Below, piece by piece: positions 1-11,047 of a DNA stretch of 64,000 bases; within the stretch, counting starts at the first letter, position 1, and every line of letters begins with the position of its first letter. The notes beneath the pieces were generated by a model. The model made no database searches. It was not told where the DNA came from and saw nothing but the letters and a program-made list of their open reading frames with translations. This DNA comes from a virus. Lineage: Duplodnaviria; Caudoviricetes. Location: positions 36,520 through 100,519 of the IMG/VR virus record IMGVR_UViG_3300029305_001467; one strand, 5' to 3'. The position numbers were made by a program, and so were the translations under genes.

Positions 1-158
1 TCGCCAGTTATAGTTGCGTTTCCATACTTGGTAAATTTAATTTCTGGGTAGATGTCTTTGTCAACATCTACCGCATAAATCTTATAATCTCCACCATCAT
101 ATGTTTGCCTTACAATTCTTCCTTTAAACAATACCTCTTTTTCATCTTTATTCTTCAA
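1..158 (-). CDS. N-terminus of a probable RecD2-like helicase (runs off the window)
   Basis: TTG start after GAGGTGA, coupled to the dnaE stop; reads MKNKDEKEVLFKGRIVRQTYDGGDYKIYAVDV...GNATITG, resembling RecD2/YrrC N-termini. Confidence 0.45.
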   Translation of the reverse strand, partial: MKNKDEKEVLFKGRIVRQTYDGGDYKIYAVDVDKDIYPEIKFTKYGNATITG

Positions 159-3100
159 TTACTTTATCACCTCATAATCGGTCAATATATCCTCTATCTC
201 GTCTGTTACAGTCCATTCGCCATTTATAAGTTTGCGCTTGAATTCTTTGCTAAATTCTTTGATTCTCAATACTGAATATAATCCAAATGGATATTCCTTG
301 AAAATCTTACCTTGTTTTATTCTAGAACGTATCTCTTCACCAGTCTTAATGTTTCTCGCAATAAATCTTGGCTTACTCACATCCTTTCCTTGAATAAAGT
401 CTGTTATAATATAATATTCTCCATTCGCTTTTGGATTTGTGTAAGTAATATACTCAAGGTATTCTTTTTCAAATTTTACATGCTCGATAATTCCCATTGG
501 TTTGTTTTCAAGCTTTTTGACCAGTTCAGAAATTAAACCAAGATTATCTATTTCTTTATATAAAGCTGCTGTTTCCTTATTAGAATACTTCTTCATAAGA
601 AATTCAGTAAGACCTAATTCTTCAAGCTTGTCCTTTTTAATCTGTTTGCAAGAAGAAAACTTATCGTAAACATCTATTATATTGATAAGATACTTGTTTT
701 CTCCAAACTCCTTAAAGAAATTCAATCCTGTCAAAATTGATAGTTGTCTTGAGTTCACAGATGTTTTGGTCTTAATGTCTTTCAACAATTCTACAAACGA
801 TCCATACTTATTTTTCGATAATTCATAGAGTTCATCTGCAATCTGTGTATTACAATATTTAATAGAAGAGATACCTTTGTATATAGTATTATTCTCTTTA
901 TCCATCGCATAATCAGAGCCAGACTTCCCAAATTTTATAGACTCTAATTTAATATCAAAGTATGATAACTCTCCAATCAAATTTGCAGTACGTTCCATAT
1001 CATCACTGTACAAGGAAAGAACTACTGTAAAATATTCTAATGGATAATGAGATTTTAAATACGCTCCATATAAAGAGTCTATGGCTACACTAAGAGCATG
1101 CGATGCGTTAAAGGAATAACGTGCTGCATCCTCTACCACTTTCCATGTTTCTTCAAATCCTTTTTCTTTCCCTACATTCTTAATCCAACCTTCAATGAGC
1201 TTAGATTTGAGTTCTTGTAATTCTTCTTCTTTAAACTTTTTCTTTGCTATCTTCTTGATAATGTCGTATGTGCCTTTTTCTTCAATACCAAGCCATACGA
1301 GGTATGCCATTATAGACTCTTGATAAAGAAGATAATGGAAAGAGTCGGTTAGTAATTCATCTAGTTCTCCTACTCCTGTAGAATATGGCAGTCTATCAAG
1401 AAAATTATTTAACAAACTTGCAAATCCTGGTCGAATCGCAGCTACCCATGCAGAAAGTTCTGCCAAGGACTTAGGTTTATATCTCATAATCAACTGCTTA
1501 CCCAAGTCTGAATCTGCTTGATTAATAGTTGTTGTTAATCCTTTTTCATAGATATCCCATACTTTATCGTCACAGTTATTTACTAATGTAGCAATATCAT
1601 CAATTGGTCTACCGATTAACTTATAGGTCTTATCAATAATATCGTATACTTTAACTGTAAGAAGGTCGTTCTTAAGATATTTATATACGTCGCAATTGTA
1701 ACCATCCATAGCACAGCAGATAACGTCCCCTACTTTAATCAATCCTACTTCCTCTGAAATAGGATTATTAGAAAGAAGGAATGAACATGGAGATGGTGCT
1801 ACTGATTCAACTACTCCTCTAAACACTTTGCTATTTTCTAATTCAATAGCCCATTTCTTATTATCTGTCTTAAATTGTTCATCAGTATAATCCTTATCGC
1901 CTAACAATTTTGCAACTTCGTCATACTCGTCAATTGCATATCCTCTAGCCTTACACCACAATCTAAAAGCAGAAGAACGTTGCAATGGCTTAAATGCAAC
2001 CATATAATAGATTCCATCTTCTCCTAAAATATCTTTAGAAGCTTGAATTGCTGGTTCTACGTTGGCAAAATTGAGGTCGATATCCGGGAGGCTGCGACTG
2101 GATAGAATACGTTCTGCACTCATAAATCGTGTAGGATATAGCTTTGTAGGTGCTTTAATTCTATCGACTTCTGTAAGTCCTAAAAGATTATTTATCAAGA
2201 ATGATACAGCAGATCCTCTACCGGAACGTGTTAATACTGCATTATATTTATTGACTGCTCTATTAATAATCATATGGTCTAGAACAAAGTAATCAGCCAT
2301 ACCACAATTCTTTACAATATCCACTTCGTAATAAATGGCATCAGTATATTCTTTTACTCTTTTAGGGTTCGTTTTTTTCTTCTTATCCTTCCATGCTCTA
2401 GAAATAATCTCTCTTAACACCTTGTCACTATCTTCATTTGAGAAGCCATCACCTAACTCTTCTTTGATGAACTCATTGGGAACTTTAGGAATCTTAAATT
2501 CTTTATCTGTATATATTGGTTCTGCGTTATCAAATATCAGCGTATTATCTAAAGCTTCTTTTGCTTGTTCTGGTGTTAATATACCTTGTTTTCTATATCT
2601 GTCCAAAATCGTATCATAATCAGGATAATCCAATATGAATCCACTTTCTTCTTCATAGAAAATACCCTTTGCTTTCAAAAACAAATCTCTATAATATGAA
2701 TCCGATTCATATATGTAATGACTATCGTTTGCATGGATCAATGGAATATCATACTTCTCATGCATAAACAAAAGCATCTTATTATATGTCATTTGAATTG
2801 GAGTTTTATGGCTCTGCACTTCCAAATAAAAGTTCTTACCAAAGTGTTGTTTTACCGGAATCAAAAAGTTATCCAACCATGTTGTATCAATAATATCATT
2901 ACCCTTTTCATCTTTTCTAGGGAAAGCAGTTGATAATCTACCTGCTACACAGGCAGTAGTAACAATAGTATCAGTAGGAGTTAGAGATAATAATTCCTTT
3001 AATCCAATTCTAGGTTTATAATAAAATCCTTCAGTATTAGCAATAGACATGATTTTATTGATTTCATATCTTGCTCTTTTAGTCATTCCAACTAATACAA

Positions 3101-3359
3101 TATGGTATGATTTACGGTCTGTTTTATCTGAAATATTATCAACATAATATGCTTCCACACTGTAAATTGGATTTAAATTATACTTTTCGCATAGAGTTTG
3201 TGCTTCATATAAATTACCTTGAAACCCATGTTCGCCAGTAAAATAAGTAGTATGACCTAATTCAACAGCTCTTTGCATGTATGCTTCTGGTGAAGTAACA
3301 GTATCAAGTGTTCTTAAGTTGGAATAATATGTGTGTTTATGATAATTGTTATATCTCAA
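159..3359 (-). CDS. dnaE: DNA polymerase III alpha subunit (C-family, phage)
   Basis: PHP domain (HKHTYYS, NDSHY), SGRGSA, LPDIDLNF, YSFNASHA motifs. Confidence 0.95.
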   Translation of the reverse strand: MRYNNYHKHTYYSNLRTLDTVTSPEAYMQRAVELGHTTYFTGEHGFQGNLYEAQTLCEKYNLNPIYSVEAYYVDNISDKTDRKSYHIVLVGMTKRARYEINKIMSIANTEGFYYKPRIGLKELLSLTPTDTIVTTACVAGRLSTAFPRKDEKGNDIIDTTWLDNFLIPVKQHFGKNFYLEVQSHKTPIQMTYNKMLLFMHEKYDIPLIHANDSHYIYESDSYYRDLFLKAKGIFYEEESGFILDYPDYDTILDRYRKQGILTPEQAKEALDNTLIFDNAEPIYTDKEFKIPKVPNEFIKEELGDGFSNEDSDKVLREIISRAWKDKKKKTNPKRVKEYTDAIYYEVDIVKNCGMADYFVLDHMIINRAVNKYNAVLTRSGRGSAVSFLINNLLGLTEVDRIKAPTKLYPTRFMSAERILSSRSLPDIDLNFANVEPAIQASKDILGEDGIYYMVAFKPLQRSSAFRLWCKARGYAIDEYDEVAKLLGDKDYTDEQFKTDNKKWAIELENSKVFRGVVESVAPSPCSFLLSNNPISEEVGLIKVGDVICCAMDGYNCDVYKYLKNDLLTVKVYDIIDKTYKLIGRPIDDIATLVNNCDDKVWDIYEKGLTTTINQADSDLGKQLIMRYKPKSLAELSAWVAAIRPGFASLLNNFLDRLPYSTGVGELDELLTDSFHYLLYQESIMAYLVWLGIEEKGTYDIIKKIAKKKFKEEELQELKSKLIEGWIKNVGKEKGFEETWKVVEDAARYSFNASHALSVAIDSLYGAYLKSHYPLEYFTVVLSLYSDDMERTANLIGELSYFDIKLESIKFGKSGSDYAMDKENNTIYKGISSIKYCNTQIADELYELSKNKYGSFVELLKDIKTKTSVNSRQLSILTGLNFFKEFGENKYLINIIDVYDKFSSCKQIKKDKLEELGLTEFLMKKYSNKETAALYKEIDNLGLISELVKKLENKPMGIIEHVKFEKEYLEYITYTNPKANGEYYIITDFIQGKDVSKPRFIARNIKTGEEIRSRIKQGKIFKEYPFGLYSVLRIKEFSKEFKRKLINGEWTVTDEIEDILTDYEVIK

Positions 3360-3370
3360 TCTATCACCTC

Positions 3371-4561
3371 TTATAGATTATTTAGCCAAGACATATCTTC
3401 GTCTCCACTATCATTCTTCTCTTTTGTGTCAGAGCCAACACCACCAAAAAAGCTACCATCGTCCTTTTGTGCGGCAAGCTTGTCTAAATATAATTTGTAA
3501 GGTTTATGTAAATTCGGAGAATATGCACACAATGTAGCAAAGTAATAACTCTGTTTTTCCACTTGTTCTGGTGTGTCAAAAAAGATTTTTTCAGCATTCT
3601 CAATATCAATCATTCTTTCGACTTCATATTTTTCTTCCTTCTCAATAATTTCATCAATAGTATTGATAATTTCCGTAGTCCATCTTTCAATAAGTTCATT
3701 AGTTAAATCAACACAAACAATGCAATCATGGAACTTATACTTTTCTCGAACATCATTTGGAAGACATTTAATATCATTTGTTTGTTCTAACATATCAAGA
3801 TACTCAATTAACTTATCTTCATACCCAAGCTTCTTCAGCCACATCTTCGCACTGGTTTGAAGTTTGTTACCAATCTCACATCTGTCGATTTCTCTAGTAG
3901 TCCATTTACCATTTGCTTGTTCGCAATCAACTTTTACATACTTTAAGAAGTTCCAACAAATCTTAATCTTTTCGTATGGAATACCCATCTGATGTAAACC
4001 AATTGCATACACCACTAACTGACCACATTCATTTAATGCCTTATCACCTTTATATATACTAGATGTCTTCCAATCTAATATATTGAAGCATCCATCATCA
4101 TCTTTAAAACAAACGTCTATATAACCTTGAAATACATTTTTACCAATCAGCACACTAATAAATCGTTCAATTTCAACCTTATGTGGAATCATAATATGGT
4201 TATTAAAGAAATGCTTTAAATTCTTATAATACTTATCAGAAATCTTCTTATTCTTTTCAGAGTCATTTCTATCAAACTTAAGCTCTGCAATACCGGCAGT
4301 CATCCACGCATCTTCAAATTCGTCATCCATATCTTCATATTTACTTTTACCTAAATATAAATTTTCCATAATTTCATGAGCCATTCCGCCGGTAACTGTA
4401 TAAATACAATCTTGTCTGTCTTCGTTTTTGTTCGCTATATATTTAAGAAAATACTCATATTGACTGTTATGATATGAGTTAAATCTACTCCATGACCATA
4501 AACGGTCAACCCCATACTTCCTCTTAATTTCTTCTAACTCTTCACCAGTTTTTCTTCCCAT
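3371..4561 (-). CDS. PD-(D/E)XK (RecB/AddB-like) nuclease
   Basis: WSWSRFNSY, GGMAHEIME, GYIDV...ILDWKT, QLVVYA motifs. Confidence 0.8.
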   Translation of the reverse strand: MGRKTGEELEEIKRKYGVDRLWSWSRFNSYHNSQYEYFLKYIANKNEDRQDCIYTVTGGMAHEIMENLYLGKSKYEDMDDEFEDAWMTAGIAELKFDRNDSEKNKKISDKYYKNLKHFFNNHIMIPHKVEIERFISVLIGKNVFQGYIDVCFKDDDGCFNILDWKTSSIYKGDKALNECGQLVVYAIGLHQMGIPYEKIKICWNFLKYVKVDCEQANGKWTTREIDRCEIGNKLQTSAKMWLKKLGYEDKLIEYLDMLEQTNDIKCLPNDVREKYKFHDCIVCVDLTNELIERWTTEIINTIDEIIEKEEKYEVERMIDIENAEKIFFDTPEQVEKQSYYFATLCAYSPNLHKPYKLYLDKLAAQKDDGSFFGGVGSDTKEKNDSGDEDMSWLNNL

Positions 4562-5652
4562 TAAGCACCTACTTTCTCTAAACTTTTAACGTATTTCTTA
4601 TGTTCTTCGTAATCGTATATAATCCTATATTCCATCAAAAACTCAAATATCTTATTTGACGCATCTGCTGGACTATCTTTATCTCCTAACAAATCATATT
4701 TGTCCCATATATAGGACACTTTTCTAATTCCATAAAATTTCTCACAGCAATGTCTTATATGGTCAATATCAATATCTTTATCAAAAGCAATGATAATTTC
4801 ACAGTTCAATCCAATGAGAATCTTCACTTGCTCATCTGATATCTCATGTCCACTAACAGCAACACCAGTACTATCATTTAAACTATCTCTTTTTAATACG
4901 GATTTTTCCGCCTCATAGACAGTCACATATCCTTTTTTCTCGATATATTCTTTATTCTCCCAAAGACCAAATAAATTCAACTGTTTCGGATATCCTGGTG
5001 TTATAAAATATTTCTTAATATCAAACATCTCATAATTTTCAACAGATGTTCTCATATTAAAACCAAGAAGTTCGCCTGTAAGCCAATATCTTAATGGAAT
5101 TACATTTCTTTTGAACTTATAACTGTATGCCAATCCAAACTTCTTAACACTCCAAGGCATAATTCCTTCTCTGAAGAAGTCTATATGCACATGAGGAACA
5201 AAGTCTTGCAATTCAGACTCATCTAACACTTGAAAGTCAAGTACATTTTGTTTTTTCTTTCTTCCTTTGACCTTTTTAAAAATATAAAGAGGGTCAACCA
5301 CTTCCTTCTTCTCCTCTTTTTTCTTCATAGTCAAAGGTATTCCTAATAATTTATGTAAATATTTGACCGTATCAAAGAATGAGAAATTCTTATCATCCAG
5401 GCTCTTGTTATACTGAACTAATGTGAGTAAGTCTGCATTCTCATCAAATTCTTTTTCTCTCGTATAATTTTTGCAATTTAAATATTCGTTATTCTTAATA
5501 TTGATAGCAGCTTTATTATCGCCATTACAATTAGAACAACTATAATACTCTTTTGTTGGGTGGTACACTATATGACCGCACCCAATCTCATTTAAAATAA
5601 ATTCAATTTTACCTTCTTGAAAAATGTATTTTTTAAGTTCAAGAACGGTCAT
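4561..5652 (-). CDS. Phage DNA primase (Zn finger plus TOPRIM)
   Basis: CSNC Zn motif, YEAEKS and IAFDKD TOPRIM motifs; adjacent to helicase. Confidence 0.85.
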   Translation of the reverse strand: MTVLELKKYIFQEGKIEFILNEIGCGHIVYHPTKEYYSCSNCNGDNKAAINIKNNEYLNCKNYTREKEFDENADLLTLVQYNKSLDDKNFSFFDTVKYLHKLLGIPLTMKKKEEKKEVVDPLYIFKKVKGRKKKQNVLDFQVLDESELQDFVPHVHIDFFREGIMPWSVKKFGLAYSYKFKRNVIPLRYWLTGELLGFNMRTSVENYEMFDIKKYFITPGYPKQLNLFGLWENKEYIEKKGYVTVYEAEKSVLKRDSLNDSTGVAVSGHEISDEQVKILIGLNCEIIIAFDKDIDIDHIRHCCEKFYGIRKVSYIWDKYDLLGDKDSPADASNKIFEFLMEYRIIYDYEEHKKYVKSLEKVGA

Positions 5653-5666
5653 ATATTTTCACCACC

Positions 5667-7175
5667 TTAAAAATCTACTGGAACATTTGTGATACCAACT
5701 TCTTTCATAACATTTCTAGACATGTCATGAGAAAATACTACTTGGTATCTATTGGCAGAACCCTCTCGGTTCTTAATAATAAACGCAATCTGATAATGTA
5801 CATCCTTATCTAGTTTAACTGGTATCTTTGTTTTACCATTCTTGCCTTCAAGCCTATATACTTTTAATTCTCTTTTCTCTCCCGTATATTCGTCATCATA
5901 TAAATCACGGATCATAATGCAAGTAGAGGCTGGGTCAATAATGTTTTTAGACATACCAATATTATCTTGTGTGTAATATCTCTGCTTAACACTACCTTTT
6001 GCTAATTGGAACGTAATAAGAATATGTAAATTCTTCGATTCAGGCTTAATAACATCGTTGATTTCTACCATATTCTGTTGCATTTCCAACCATGATTTAT
6101 CACTTACATCACCTGCGTCCATCTTAAATGTGTCAAGAATAAAATATTTTACACCCATGCTTGCATATTTCTTAATTGTTTTAATCGCAGTCTTAGTCTT
6201 ATATCTCTCAAACGGAATTACTGTTATCAAATGATTTTGTGTTTGTTCCACTATCCAATCAGCAGCTTTATATAATAGTGCTTTCGTATTATCTTGATAA
6301 TGACCATCTCTCAAAATATGTTTCTGAACATCTTCTTTTATGATGTTATTTGCAACATAAATAATAAGTTCTCTTTGCCACTTTTCAATTCCATCCTCAT
6401 TGACCATAACTACAACTCGTTCTTTTTCTTTAATTGCAGTTGGAATAGTTGCGTTACGAGCAAAAGTTGATTTACCAACGTTGCTAAGTCCACCTACCAA
6501 TGTAATAGAACCAAGATATTGACCACCGGTTTCTTTTGTTATGATATCCATATTGTTATATGGTAAACCTATAGCTAAACCCTCATTGAGTTTTTCAATT
6601 AAATCATAAATACCATGTGAAATATCGTAGCTCTTTACATCACAGTCCACATTAACAAAAATGTCGTTTATGAATGCTTCCCATTCATTGTAAATTTCTT
6701 CAGCAGTCATATCACAATAATCACTAAGTCTGTCTTTTACCGGACATCCACGCTTTGCAAGTTTTATTACACTATTCCATTTTCTAAGCTCTTGAATGTA
6801 TCCATAAAGATTTTCAGTCTTAACATATGCACCAGCATTTATAATTGTATCGTAACCACCATATTCCTCATATTTATTTCTTAACTTTGAGTGTTTTTCA
6901 AGATATAGTCCAACGGTGATATCATCCAAAGACCCTTTCTTTTCAATCTTTACAATATCATTTGCTATCGTCCAATAAACTTTCCAAATGTTATTATTGA
7001 ACTCATCTAAACTAAGATTTGTTTCAAATATAGCATCCGGATTCTTGTACAATATACTTACAATATTAGCTTCGCATCCTTCTTTGTACTCGTTGACCTT
7101 CTTAATAGCATCAATTAATTCTTCTTCGAAGGCTGTTAACTTTTTGCCTTTTGTAGTTTTTGTTGCTGTAGCTAT
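5667..7175 (-). CDS. DnaB-like replicative helicase
   Basis: Walker A GGLSNVGKS, FILDT, ITFQL, KNREG; probable ATA start after GGCGGTGA (ORF track starts at 7202). Confidence 0.85.
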   Translation of the reverse strand: MATATKTTKGKKLTAFEEELIDAIKKVNEYKEGCEANIVSILYKNPDAIFETNLSLDEFNNNIWKVYWTIANDIVKIEKKGSLDDITVGLYLEKHSKLRNKYEEYGGYDTIINAGAYVKTENLYGYIQELRKWNSVIKLAKRGCPVKDRLSDYCDMTAEEIYNEWEAFINDIFVNVDCDVKSYDISHGIYDLIEKLNEGLAIGLPYNNMDIITKETGGQYLGSITLVGGLSNVGKSTFARNATIPTAIKEKERVVVMVNEDGIEKWQRELIIYVANNIIKEDVQKHILRDGHYQDNTKALLYKAADWIVEQTQNHLITVIPFERYKTKTAIKTIKKYASMGVKYFILDTFKMDAGDVSDKSWLEMQQNMVEINDVIKPESKNLHILITFQLAKGSVKQRYYTQDNIGMSKNIIDPASTCIMIRDLYDDEYTGEKRELKVYRLEGKNGKTKIPVKLDKDVHYQIAFIIKNREGSANRYQVVFSHDMSRNVMKEVGITNVPVDF

Positions 7176-7188
7176 AACATTCACCGCC

Positions 7189-7650
7189 TTACCACAATTC
7201 ATTTAGTCGCTTGTTTTTTAATTCTTCTGTCTTCTTTTGATATGAACCGCCACTATGAGATAAATTACTTGTGTCCATAGATTTAATATTCTCCTCAGTC
7301 TTTTTAGCTTTGTTTACTCTTGAATAAACATCATTAATATTGTTTTCAACTATCTTGCATATATAGTTAAACTTATAGGATTCATTATCAAAAGTTCTGT
7401 TTGCCAAAGCACTCATAATTGATGGTTTGCAAATTTGGAAAGTATATAATATGATTTCATAGGAGTAATCGGCTTTATCCTCTATGCTCTTATTCTCTAT
7501 ATACTTCCCTTTCGTCAACCCTTTTAGTCTTAATACAAGACTAGAAGGAATTGACTGAGAATCATCATATAAGAGTATTTCTTTTTTTACATATTGATAC
7601 AGTTTATCCCACTGCTCTTTTTCAATACTCGTCATTTTATTGCTTCTCAA
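7189..7650 (-). CDS. Hypothetical replication-module protein (position of SPbeta yorH)
   Basis: Strong RBS; position between ATPase and helicase. Confidence 0.6.
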   Translation of the reverse strand: MRSNKMTSIEKEQWDKLYQYVKKEILLYDDSQSIPSSLVLRLKGLTKGKYIENKSIEDKADYSYEIILYTFQICKPSIMSALANRTFDNESYKFNYICKIVENNINDVYSRVNKAKKTEENIKSMDTSNLSHSGGSYQKKTEELKNKRLNELW

Positions 7651-7671
7651 TTCAATTCCTCCTTCGTTTTA

Positions 7672-8808
7672 TTAAATCAATACTAATACTTTCTTAGCAT
7701 CCTCGATGTTATCAATCATAGTCGGATTATCATAGCCAAGTTCCTTTGCCTTCGCAATAATTGGCTTAATCTTATCCATATCGGACTTGTTTGCCTTAAT
7801 ATAATCCGTAATCTTACTTACAACATCTTCAAGCTTCTTGGTTTCCTTTTTATCCTTTTCAGCCTTGGCAATTTCCTTTAATCTCTCAGCTTCTTCAGCT
7901 TCTTGTTCCTTTTTAACATCTTCTACATCTCTATTACTCTTATCAAGTTCGTTCTTGATTGCATCTGTAATTGCCTTAATAAGAGCATCAGGTGTAAATT
8001 CAATCTCTGGAACAATATCTGCGAATCTACTTTTACTATCAATAGAGTAAGAATCATCTCTAAATGTAATCTTTCTGCTTTCCTTTGCAATTACACCCTT
8101 TGTAACATCTTTGCCCTTGTTGTCCTTCTTACCAGTCTTCTCTTGAACAATCTCTCTATCAATAGAAGCCACACCTAAGAAATGAAGTTTGGTCTTAATT
8201 GCATTGAAATCTCTCATAGACATATTGGTTGTTAAAGAAGTCCACTTCTGTCCGGTAGAAACATCTTCTTGTTCACGTTGCTTAACATGACCAATAATAA
8301 TAAAAGAAACTCCAACCTTCTTTAGACTCCAAAGCTTCTCAAGTACAATTTCGGTAGCCTTATCTTCACCTGCCATATACCCACCAAAAGCTGCCTTAAT
8401 GGACTTAACTGGCTTCTCTGGGTTTTCTCTGTTATGCATTCTAATTACTTCTGGTTTTGCAATTTCAATCAACTGGTCATATGTGTCAATAATTACCGTT
8501 CTTAATAATGGGTATTCCGTTGTCTTATTATCAATGATGTCGTCTACTAAATCTTCAAATCCGATAGAGTTTGAAAACTCATCGTAATCAGCAGACCATT
8601 CTGGACAATTAATATAATTAATTCCATTGATTGCATCTGCACCATCTTCCTTGCCACATTCTAAAAACAAGTAACCATCATTAGAACCAGTAAGCTTCTC
8701 ACACATTTCTTTGATAATAGTTGTCTTGCCGATACCGCTTTCTCCAATTAATCCGATGTTATAAGCTAATGGATCAATTTTTACTACATTTTTCTTACCG
8801 TATGCCAT
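7672..8808 (-). CDS. AAA-family ATPase (Sak4/YorG-like recombination protein)
   Basis: Walker A GESGIGKT, VIIDT, IIIGH. Confidence 0.75.
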   Translation of the reverse strand: MAYGKKNVVKIDPLAYNIGLIGESGIGKTTIIKEMCEKLTGSNDGYLFLECGKEDGADAINGINYINCPEWSADYDEFSNSIGFEDLVDDIIDNKTTEYPLLRTVIIDTYDQLIEIAKPEVIRMHNRENPEKPVKSIKAAFGGYMAGEDKATEIVLEKLWSLKKVGVSFIIIGHVKQREQEDVSTGQKWTSLTTNMSMRDFNAIKTKLHFLGVASIDREIVQEKTGKKDNKGKDVTKGVIAKESRKITFRDDSYSIDSKSRFADIVPEIEFTPDALIKAITDAIKNELDKSNRDVEDVKKEQEAEEAERLKEIAKAEKDKKETKKLEDVVSKITDYIKANKSDMDKIKPIIAKAKELGYDNPTMIDNIEDAKKVLVLI

Positions 8809-9559
8809 TGTTATTTATCCTTTCTTCATACAATTTTTGTGAGTTGTTATAAGAATGCTCTTTATAATACTTCTCCTCTGCATCTTTTCTTAATTTACAT
8901 GCAACAGAAAAACTATCCGACCTTCCTAAATATGTGTATTTTTTGTTTATATTAATATTTGCTTCCCATATATTGTCTCTGCTATGGAATCTTACACCAG
9001 TAACTCCAGAGGTGCTATTTTTCTGAATAACTTTGTTTGTATTGTTTTCGCTTCTACTTACTTTCCTCAAGTTTAATTTCCGATTATCGAATTTATTTTC
9101 CGTTTTTATGTGGTCTATATCATATTCATTAAGAAAATCATCCATAACAAGTTTGTGTAAACCAATCTCTTTGCCATCAATTTTTGCTACAAAATACTTA
9201 TGATGTTTATACCAACAATAATCTTTAATTTTTTCGTAATCTTCTAAATCAAACCAAAATTCTTCGCCTTTTAAGGTATATCCGATTCCGTATTTGTCTA
9301 ATAAACAATACCTATTATTCTTTTTATTTTTACGAGACATTCTAGTAGAAGCCTCTTCTTTAACACAATAAGTACATCTCCATAATTTCCCAGTTGTAAA
9401 ATCAGATGTAGAACCAATTACATTATTGTGTCTACCGCAATCACAAGATGCTTTCCACATGTGTTTTTTGTTTCCGCCGGAAGTATAATGGTCATCGAGC
9501 ATTTCTATAATTTTTAATTTACCAAATTCTTCTCCTAAAATATTTTTAAATTTAGGCAT
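8795..9559 (-). CDS. HNH homing endonuclease with AP2 domain
   Basis: DIDHI...DNRKLNLR HNH motif; SGVTGV...WEANI...YLG AP2 motif. Confidence 0.85.
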   Translation of the reverse strand: MPKFKNILGEEFGKLKIIEMLDDHYTSGGNKKHMWKASCDCGRHNNVIGSTSDFTTGKLWRCTYCVKEEASTRMSRKNKKNNRYCLLDKYGIGYTLKGEEFWFDLEDYEKIKDYCWYKHHKYFVAKIDGKEIGLHKLVMDDFLNEYDIDHIKTENKFDNRKLNLRKVSRSENNTNKVIQKNSTSGVTGVRFHSRDNIWEANININKKYTYLGRSDSFSVACKLRKDAEEKYYKEHSYNNSQKLYEERINNNGIR

Positions 9560-9572
9560 TGTTCTCCTTAGT

Positions 9573-9595
9573 GTAGCCCCAATTAAGGGGCTACG
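9573..9595. terminator. GC-rich hairpin after SSB-like gene
   Basis: GTAGCCCC-aattaa-GGGGCTAC. Confidence 0.5.
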
Positions 9596-9605
9596 TTATA
9601 AAATT

Positions 9606-10790
9606 TTACAGATTGTTTAACCAATCATTATCATCTCCGGAAACTACTTCATCATCAGCATCTTCAACATCAGACTCTGTTTCCTCTTCTTCTACTTCGT
9701 CATCAGAAGCAAGCATAAAATCAAGAATCAAATCTTCTTCTTCGTACTTCTTTTCAACCTTCTGAATAGTAGGAGTTTTATTACCTTCCTTATCCTCTAC
9801 CATTTTAATGAGAGGCTTTCTAATTACCATTCTCTTTTCTCTTCCTGAACTTACCGTACACTTTGCAAGTGCTTCTTCTAAGGTAAATACTCCGATGGCA
9901 ATAAGAGCTTTGATATCATCTGGGATATCATCTTCTGTCGCAGTAATTACTGATCCACCTTCAATCAAATCACCTTCAAAGGTAGCTTCAGTAACTCCCT
10001 TCTGTACCTTGAATACCTTTTCAACAACCTTCTTTACAATCTCAGGATTGGACAAATCAAGTTCATACTCAAAAGTCTTATCATAAGGAATATTACACTT
10101 TACTTCCTTGCCCTTGTATTCCTTAACATAATCAAGAACCTTTGCATAAATCGGGAGGATACCAGTGTCTTTATCTGCCTTTCCTACGCTATCCTTAGTG
10201 AGAAGCATAGTCTGAGTAAATCTAGCTGCATACTTACTACTATCATCAACCTTAGAAAGAACGATGCTATTGATTTCCTTCTTAACTTGTACATTATCGT
10301 TATATGTAGAATACTTAAGATTACCCTTTACATTCACAACCATACCATCTTCAAGATTCTCATTAATATAAGCAATCATATCGTATGGGGTAAGGAACTT
10401 CTTATAATAAACCTTATTATTCTTGTCCTTCTCAAGACCGACAGTTAAGAAACACAAATCACCAACAGTTTCAAGAATAGAATCATCGAATCTATCATCC
10501 CAATCAATAGTGAACTTGTTATCGAAATCATCCTTTCCGTCTGCGTCCTTACCATGAACGTAAACAACATTATCTCTTTCCTCTCCATATCCACCCATAA
10601 GTTCTGCATAAACAGTTCCACAGGTTTCACCACAGAAAATTCCAAGATTCAAGCTGTTATAAACCCAATCGGAACTCGTAGACTTCTCATTCAACTTATA
10701 GGTATAATCGTTAACCTTTGCTTCTCCAATAAGCTGAAAAGTGTTTGACCAATTCTTCTTTTCTAAAATCTTCTTTTCCTTCTTTGCCAT
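9606..10790 (-). CDS. Putative ssDNA-binding protein (YorF-like) with acidic C-terminal tail
   Basis: Very acidic C-terminus ending DDNDWLNNL; next to Sak4-like ATPase. Confidence 0.55.
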   Translation of the reverse strand: MAKKEKKILEKKNWSNTFQLIGEAKVNDYTYKLNEKSTSSDWVYNSLNLGIFCGETCGTVYAELMGGYGEERDNVVYVHGKDADGKDDFDNKFTIDWDDRFDDSILETVGDLCFLTVGLEKDKNNKVYYKKFLTPYDMIAYINENLEDGMVVNVKGNLKYSTYNDNVQVKKEINSIVLSKVDDSSKYAARFTQTMLLTKDSVGKADKDTGILPIYAKVLDYVKEYKGKEVKCNIPYDKTFEYELDLSNPEIVKKVVEKVFKVQKGVTEATFEGDLIEGGSVITATEDDIPDDIKALIAIGVFTLEEALAKCTVSSGREKRMVIRKPLIKMVEDKEGNKTPTIQKVEKKYEEEDLILDFMLASDDEVEEEETESDVEDADDEVVSGDDNDWLNNL

Positions 10791-11047
10791 TTAAAAATAG
10801 CCTCCTTATATTTAAAATATTTTTGGTAACATATAATCAACAGTTCTTTCGAACCGATAACATAGAGTAACTTTATGTACAAATCTATGTTTAATGGCGT
10901 TTTAGAGCGTAAAAGCTCAAGGGTGTGCCATGTCACCCAACAAATAAAACCCTATTCTTTTTAATCAACTGGAATTTAATTAAGCTATGTTTTATGTTTG
11001 TTTTAAGTATTACTTCTCTGTTTGATGGTTCGCCAAAACCATTTTGT

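Noticed and set aside
3371-4561. Cas4/CRISPR adaptation role for the nuclease
   Set aside because: The four-Cys Fe-S pattern is not evident and the context is purely replicative.
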